From: Salisapilia sapeloensis CBS 127946
Taxonomy: Eukaryota > Protista > Oomycota
NCBI GenBank assembly: GCA_023334545.1
Contig: JAADVB010000132.1
Location: 1 to 50,777 of the forward strand
Length of the DNA: 50,777 nt
Reading direction: 5' to 3'
The position numbers and the translations under genes are program-made. A model generated the notes under the pieces. That model saw nothing but the letters and a program-made list of their open reading frames with translations, made no database searches and was not told where the DNA came from. Below, piece by piece: positions 44,261-50,777 of the stretch; the stretch's first letter is position 1, and the number at the start of each line of letters is the position of its first letter.

Positions 44261-46084
44261 CCCCAACGAACAAATGCACTTAATCACGAATGCCTTTATA
44301 TGGTAGTGCGTCGCTGCTTTGTCCGCGAAAGGTATAACCGAATGCTATTGATCTATCTTTTAGTCGAACTGGGAAATCAAAAAGTTCTTTTAGCGAAAAT
44401 AAACTTAGCATATAGGCAGAAACAACTGCAGTGAGTAGAGAGGGCAAGGATCGGGGGTGTGGCATAATAGCTTCCATGCAATAGCTCAATGAGCGTCTCA
44501 CTGTTACTATATCAGCATCAAGCACACTCCAACACAGGTTCAGCGTCATGGTGAAAATTCTTCAAAAGCAAGCAAGCAAGAATAGGGGGATTAAGGGTTC
44601 ATTTCGCTATAACACTTCTATGTGCAATCCTCGCTCTCTTCGGTGGTGTTGCCGTTGAAGAACTGCTAAAAGCTGTGGTCTTTCCGAGTGCTCTGAGACT
44701 CATACCTGATATCATCACAGAAACTTCAAATAAATTTATGGAAGAGATGGTGACCTAAGAAGAAATGAAGCATGTGCGTGAAAGTGTAGGCTTCTCTTCT
44801 AAGCACTTATCCGCGTTGCAAGAAGCTAGCGTGAGGTTCAAGACTAAAAGTGAGTGCGTGCTTTCGATAAAGGATAGTCACAAAGCCGATAAGCGGACTG
44901 GTGATATCATCTCTTCCTTTTTATTGCAAGACCAAAAGTAACCCAGAGTCATGTACGAAGAAGGTCATGGGAACAACTATCGAAGTCAACACAATGATTT
45001 CGAAAAGGAAGATTCCTATAATGAGACACGTTTTCAGCAGTATCACGTTTCGGACTTCAACTGCAGAAAACCTACTGAGTTTCTGTATTTGGTGTCTGCT
45101 GCTTCATGCGGCGCCGGGTATAGTCAGTCGTCGTAACCAGTAAAATTCCTAATCAAAGCATATTCACGTATCTACATGACATTCGCGGCTCTGTTCACGG
45201 ACTATATGAATGTTTAGGCTTATTAAGTGGACACACAACAATGCTTTTTTCGTATAGTTGAAGCGACTGTTCGACAGTGAAGGTAGCGGGCGGATCTGTA
45301 TTATCAATCATTTATTAACTGTGTCATACTACGCATATGGTACCGTCTCATATTAAAATGACAATACAGAATATCTAGGAAGTTTGGCCATTGCTGTAAG
45401 CCCAGACGATCTTCAATGTGCCACTCTTAACTTCCACGGAAGGGCGGCTAGCAGTTAATTCACATTTTGAGCCCAGCAAACTATCTGTTACGTGTGACCA
45501 CGGCTATCGTCTACAACTGGCGAAATAATCTGATCTTTCAAAGTTGAGCTCCCCCTATTTAAACTCCGATAGTCTGTTGTGGGTATCAAAGTTGGCTTTA
45601 CTTTTAGTCCTAAATATATTCTATCATCTATACACTGTATCTAATCATCGACATGCCATGTAGAAGGTACGGCGCTTAATGTCACTTCATTGGAGTGCGA
45701 TAAACATACCTGAATCCAAAGATATACAAACAGCGGCCATTCTCACCTTTGGTCAAGTGTGCTTACTGCCCTCTACTATATTTATTTGAGAGATTTCAAC
45801 CTTTCAAACTATCAGCAGCCGAATTTTCGATATCAGTTACCTCCTAAGGTAGCTGGGTCGAATCATCGGGCACATAAGCTTAAAACTTGGAGGGTAAAGA
45901 GATCAGTAAATAAAGTAAAAGCTTATCTAACGATTTTCGGTAATCTTTAACGTTAATTTGAAGTATTATGACTCGATCGGAGGATGACAAGTAGTTGTGC
46001 AAAGGATCCTTGGATGTATTTTTTGTGAAATTCTTTACGCTGTGCTCGCGCTAAATACCAATTCCGCAAAAATTGGGATTCGAA

Positions 46085-46435
46085 TGTTGTTATTCTAGTC
46101 ATGATAATCGAATTGGGCAATTCCGTGTTCGCTGCGAATAGCCGATTTTGCTTTGCCAGTTGCCATTTATAACCTCACGTAACGCTTCAATAAAGATTTT
46201 CTGCCAAACGAGGAGTACATAAGCAAGTGTTCTTTCGTTTTTTAAGCAATCAGGAGGAAAACATCCTGGAGAAGACTTTAAGGCACGCCTGGTCCTCGAA
46301 ATGTGCAAATTGAAAAAGCGCGCGAAGCAGTCGCTCGACTTGGTGAGCTCTTCGCTTTTATTTCGGAACAGACAGAGTACTGTGGTGAACGAAATAATTG
46401 GGCGATATTTGCGACTCACACTGTACTCGTTCCAC
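46085..46435 (+). repeat. Dispersed repeat, copy 2 (inverted homolog of 15735-16095)
   Basis: Colinear nucleotide similarity over about 350 bp, with one internal deletion of ~20 nt relative to copy 1. Confidence 0.85.
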
Positions 46436-47135
46436 TGAAATGGCGAAGAGCTCAATGTTGCAAGTAAATCGGATGACACTTCAATCTGAATGGCTTTTGG
46501 CGATCTACCACGATCTACTCGACACTATTCCCGCTAAAGCGTGGCAGAGGACCGGACGATATACGTGGAGAGAACTATAAAGGTGGATAGCGACTTAAGA
46601 ATAAGAAGAACCGCCAAAGACTCAGACATCTAGTTCTTTTACTGTTTTTGCGTGTTTGTTTTCATAATGCCCAGTATTCCTTGCATGATACCCGGTTATC
46701 TGCTCAACGAACACGACTCTTTATCCACTATTTTTTGCTATCGTCGTATATGTTGACTCAAGTGCAAATAGTACATTCTTGAAAAGAAATTAGGCGTTCT
46801 CCGGCTACGTGCACAGCAAATATGATTTACGCGTGCACATTAGTGAGAGTTTGCTAGCGTTGGCACGCACGTGTTTAGCCTCCGGTGAGAGGACGCACAC
46901 GAAAGGTCAATCTGAGATGCAGGGGATTATCCATTGTCATATGCATTTCGAGAGGGGTGTATCTGTACCCTCAGTCGGTACAAAGTCAGCTCATGAAAAG
47001 CGAAATCGGAATCATTGCCTTCAGTTCGATAGCTAGAGTCAAGAGAGTTGCGCTCACAATTGATCGTGAATGTCGCGGGTGACGCCATGAGCTAGATAGC
47101 CGTCGAGGGGATCTTCAGCTCTACGAAGCTACGAT

Positions 47136-47369
47136 TTACACGTACATTATGGATGTCGTCCATTTGAGGACTTCAACAATAGGCAATCCAGGTCGAACTA
47201 CCTCCGTCAAATCCGCTCGTTTCAATGCATCTCTCTCAAGGCAAGACAAAGTAAATGTACAGACCTTGCTCTTCAGCTCTACTCTACGTTCTATATGTAT
47301 TGCAGGACGTCTGATAGGCATGGGAAGTAGTTCCGGTGGTAACTGATAAAATCGAATGTACCGTTTCAA
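47136..47369 (-). mobile_element. Decayed Ty3/Gypsy pol fragment (region at the start of RT)
   Basis: YQLPPELLP...FTLSCLERDALK...KWTTSIMYV resembles the Gypsy pattern LP..LPP.R...(F)RLS..E.DAL....SPW.S.+..V. Stops follow immediately. Confidence 0.4.
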
Positions 47370-47533
47370 TATCCGTTTCTATAGCACGTGCAGAGGTGGG
47401 TTTACCTAGCCAGTGTTTGTGTATGCATTGTGGTATTTCTACCCCTCCGCTGGTCTGAACTCAAAATCCAAAAGTGATTGCGCCGAGCACGCGTCCGTTG
47501 GCATCAAGTACCATCCGACACCGACCGAGCAAG

Positions 47534-48556
47534 ATGCTAGAGTCCCATAACTCAACCATGGACACACCCGTTAGGGACCATACCATCCAGGCCGAAGTCT
47601 CGACGACAGAAGACCATCCCAAGGACCTAGAGCTCAAGGCCTCATCTCACCGGATTGCGTACGGCGTAGCGGCCGCCATGGTCCTCATTACGCTCATTAG
47701 CATCCCAAGTAGAGCCACCGGGAAGGACGCTGCGTACGTGTGGTGGTGTGGGTGGCTCACAGCCGTCGCGACGGGTCTGGGCGCCCTCCCGTTCTACTTT
47801 CTCCAGTCCGTCGATAAGTTCTGGCTCGGCATCTGCAACGGTACAGCGTCTACATGCATAGAATAGACGCAGGAAGAGACTTATATTGTGACGATAGGAC
47901 TGGCGGCGGGTATGATGCTAGCAGCTACAGGATGCCTGTTCTACGAGGCGTGGACTCTTCCCCATCAGCTGGACTATGCCGTGAGCGTCAGCTATCGGCT
48001 AGGAGTCGGCGTCTTGCTCGGCATCCTCTTCATCAAGGTCACCAAGATCTTCCTGGAGGACTATGACGACGTCACTGTGGCTGGGCTCAAGGGACTGGAC
48101 GCACGCCGAGCGCTCTTGATCATGGCCGTCATGACGCTGCACAGCGTGTCGGAGGGCGTCGGCGTCGGCGTCTCGTTCGGAGGCGAAGGCGGCGTGCGTC
48201 GAGGTCTTATCGTGACGACGACCATGGCAGTGCACAACATCCCGGAAGGTGTCGCCATCAGCCTCGCTCTCGTGCCGCGTGGCCTGAGCGTCTTCCTCGC
48301 CAGCCTCTGGTGCATCCTGTCCAGCCTCCCGCAGCCGATCTTTGCCGTCCCAGCCTTTATGTTCGTGGAGCAGTGGCTACCGATCCTCCCCGCCGGACTA
48401 GGATTCGCCGGTGGCGCAATGGCACATGTGGCTGTCCAGGAGCTGCTGCCCGAGTCTCTCGAGGACACCAAGTCTCTCCCGACGACGATTTCGGCCACTG
48501 CGCTGGCGTTTGTGGTGTTCCTGACGCTCCAACTGGTGCTCAGTGGAGGTCTGTAG
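47534..48556 (+). CDS. ZIP family metal transporter (ZupT/GufA/ZIP11-like); intron 47841-47897
   Basis: ATGLGALPF, LAAGMML, MTLHSVSEGVGVGVSFG, MAVHNIPEGVAISL, SSLPQP and GFAGGAM..V...ELLPE, with multiple transmembrane helices. Confidence 0.92.
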
Positions 48557-48732
48557 ATGTCTTCTAGTGTGTACCATAGACCTGTGGGTGTTATCAAGAT
48601 ACCTTTGCATGTTCTGAATACAGCCGCCTGTGTTTGCTGCTCGTTCCTTCCTCCCAAGTGTCTCCAGGTCGATGGGTTGTACCTGTACCTCTTCCGTACC
48701 ACACGACCACGAGCTCCGTCCCCAGAACCGAC

Positions 48733-50777
48733 ATGGACGACAGGACGGAGCACAGTCTCCTGCACTGGGTTCGTCCTTCGCCTAGTCTTTTCACCCATGC
48801 CTAGGTAGATGTTGACGTTGCTTGCTGCTGTATGACTAGGTGCAGAGCTTCCGGGAGGAGCTGGAGCCGAATGGACGCCTCGAGAGCTTGCGTGATTTAA
48901 GAGACGGCGTCTTCCTCGCCAAGTTACTGCACCGCATGTGAGTTTGCATTGCAAGTCGAGATACCATTCTACCGGATACTACTGTCATGCACACAGAGAA
49001 CCAGAGTACATGCCGATGGACCAGATCCAGCAAGACGTTGGGGACAGTTGGGCGCTCGGGAGTCGGAATTTACAAGCGCTCTTGCGGTCGCTCGACCTGT
49101 ACTTTCAAGAAGAGCTCAGTCAGAACGTTGATTGGGATGCAGAGATAGACGTGTCTCGCATCGCCCAGCACGGGGACGTGGAGCAGATTGGAAAAGTGGT
49201 GGAGCTCTTGCTCGGTGCCGCCGTCCAGTGCCCGGACAAGTCGGACTACATCCACGCCATCATGCAGCTAGACTCGGAAGAGCAGGCGTGTCTAATGCAC
49301 TTAATCGAAGACATGATGCAGCGTCTGAGCAGCTCTTCTCCGACGCGCGACCGAGAGACGAGTGTGGATCGAGTGCGAGGGTCCTTCGCCTACTTTGCCC
49401 AGCACGAAGGCCAGTCGTCCCCCTCCTCTTCTCTGGAGCAGCAGCTGAAGGAGGCACTAGATAAGGCTTCCGAGATGGAGCTTAAGCGCATGGACGCCGA
49501 GACAGACCGGAGAGAGGCGATGGCGCAGCTGGAGAGATCTCGAGACGAGACGCGAGCGCTGAGGGACGAGAACAGGGCGCTACGAGAGGAGCGAGACAAG
49601 CTGCGTGCTGAGCGACAGAGTACTCTTACCAAGGACAACAAGAAGATTACGCAGATCGTGGAAGGCGAGACGCACTTGTTGACGCAGCAGGTGGAGGAGA
49701 AGGAGCAGGAGCTGCATCGGACGAAGAAGGAGCTGGGGGAGCGTCTGGAGACGCTGGAGAACGAAGTCCGTCGGCAGAACGACGAGCTGGACATTGCCAG
49801 GTCGAAGCTGACGCAGTTACCGAAGCTGGAGGCGACGGTGGACAAGTACAAGCGTCGGCTGGAGGAGATGCAGTCGCTTCGAAACCAAGTGAAGGACTTG
49901 GAGAGCCACAATGCGCAGTACCTGGACAAGGTGCTGGACTTGGAGAGCACTGTCAAGAGCATCCCTTCCCTCAAGTCTCTCGTCGAGAGGTACAAGAACC
50001 AGGTGGTGGATCTCGAGACGGACAACGTCGAGGCGGAGTCGACGCTTCGAATTCGAGAAGACAAGATCGGGAGGCTGCAGGAAGAGCTGGACAGTGCGTT
50101 GGCTGCGAAGGACTTTCTAGAGTCCGAGGTGGAGGAGCTTCGGTCGCAAGTGGCCAACTTCCGATCAGATGGGCTGGACGACGAACAGAACTTGGAGCTG
50201 GTGCTCGGCTCGGACTCGACGAGCAAGCTCAAGGAGCAGCTGGCGAGGCTGGAGAGGGAGAACACAGAGCTGCGGTCTGGGGAGGAGAACGCAGAGCTGA
50301 CGCACGTGCGGAACGAGCTGGATGATGCGCTCCGGCAGAAGGAGGCGCTGCAGACGTCTCTCCAGCAGTCTAGACAAGAGTGCGCTCAGCTGAGGGAGGA
50401 AGTTGAACACCTGGCTAGGAAGATGGAGGAGCGTAGTCAGGAACAAGTGCCAGCTCCTGAAGCCAAAGCTCCTGAAGCTAGAGCTGAACCGGAAGCGACT
50501 GCTGCGGACATTCTGGCTCAAGCAGAGCCAAAGCCTGAGGTTGAGCCAAAGCCTGAGGTTGAGCCAAAGCCTGAGGTAGACTCGACGGCCCCTTCACCTC
50601 CTGTGGAGCTTACTCCACCGCAAGAAGAACCGAAGGAAGAGGAGAAGGTAGAAGAGCTACAACGGGAAGTCCCGAAAACCGAAGTACAAAAAAAGGAAGA
50701 GCCGAAGGAAGCGAAGGAGGAAGCGAAGGAGGAAGTGAAGGAGGAAGTGAAGGAAGCGAAGGCGGAAGTGAAGGAGG
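48733..50777 (+). CDS. HOOK family dynein adaptor (CH-like N-domain plus long coiled coil), 3' end beyond window; introns 48769-48839 and 48938-48996
   Basis: Spliced N-terminus LLHWVQSF...LRDGVFLAKLLHRIEPEY...DVGDSWALGSRNL...ELLLGAAVQCPDKSDYIHAIMQLD, then YKRRLEE and a heptad coiled coil. Absent from the ORF track because the window ends before a stop codon. Confidence 0.9.
50525..50578 (+). repeat. Three 18-nt units (gagccaaagcctgaggtt) encoding EPKPEV in HOOK; 12-nt KEEA/KEEV repeats follow near 50705-50777
   Basis: Directly visible tandem units. Confidence 0.9.

Noticed and set aside
44630-45140. Stop-interrupted plus-strand reading frame as a specific gene
   Set aside because: No recognisable family motif; it cannot be named.
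48061-48954. 297-aa minus-strand ORF; also 49390-50265
   Set aside because: Antisense to the ZIP and HOOK genes, which have clear family motifs.
6533-50777. Coordinated flagellar/dynein gene cluster (coiled-coil protein, WDR63-like, calcyphosin fusion, HOOK)
   Set aside because: The genes are scattered among unrelated housekeeping genes, so proximity alone gives no evidence of co-regulation.

Overview
Eukaryotic nuclear DNA, most likely from a flagellated oomycete (inferred from gene content, 49-79 nt GT-AG introns and initiator-like promoter motifs; the species cannot be determined). The layout is bipartite. GC-rich, gene-dense blocks (about 0.6-12.5 kb, 20.5-38.4 kb and 47.5 kb to the end) carry: a GPI-anchored pectin acetylesterase, eIF4G, a coiled-coil protein, a YbaK-like protein, an HSL-family hydrolase, a pepsin-like protease, a probable CDC26, an EDEM-like GH47-PA, a WDR63-like dynein intermediate chain, a PP2C-cNMP-kinase fusion, a GT31-like transferase, a Tag glycosylase, RPL12, a lumazine-synthase-fold/calcyphosin fusion, an R2R3-Myb, a ZIP transporter and a HOOK protein. 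Two gene-sparse blocks (about 12.5-20.4 kb and 38.5-47.4 kb) hold an inactive trypsin-like secreted protein, a duplicated orphan gene family, a dispersed repeat shared by both blocks, and decayed retroelement fragments. The most striking observation is a ~3.3 kb island (about 38.5-41.8 kb, roughly 15-28% GC in sampled lines). By hand count it is about 3-fold depleted of TpC/GpA relative to ApC/GpT while keeping CpA/TpG. That pattern suggests a TpC-directed C-to-T hypermutation process distinct from fungal RIP. The second highlight is an apparently catalytically degenerate lumazine-synthase-fold domain fused to calcyphosin EF-hands and bracketed by SPIRAL1-like PGG motifs. All homology calls come from recognising motifs by eye, not from database searches.
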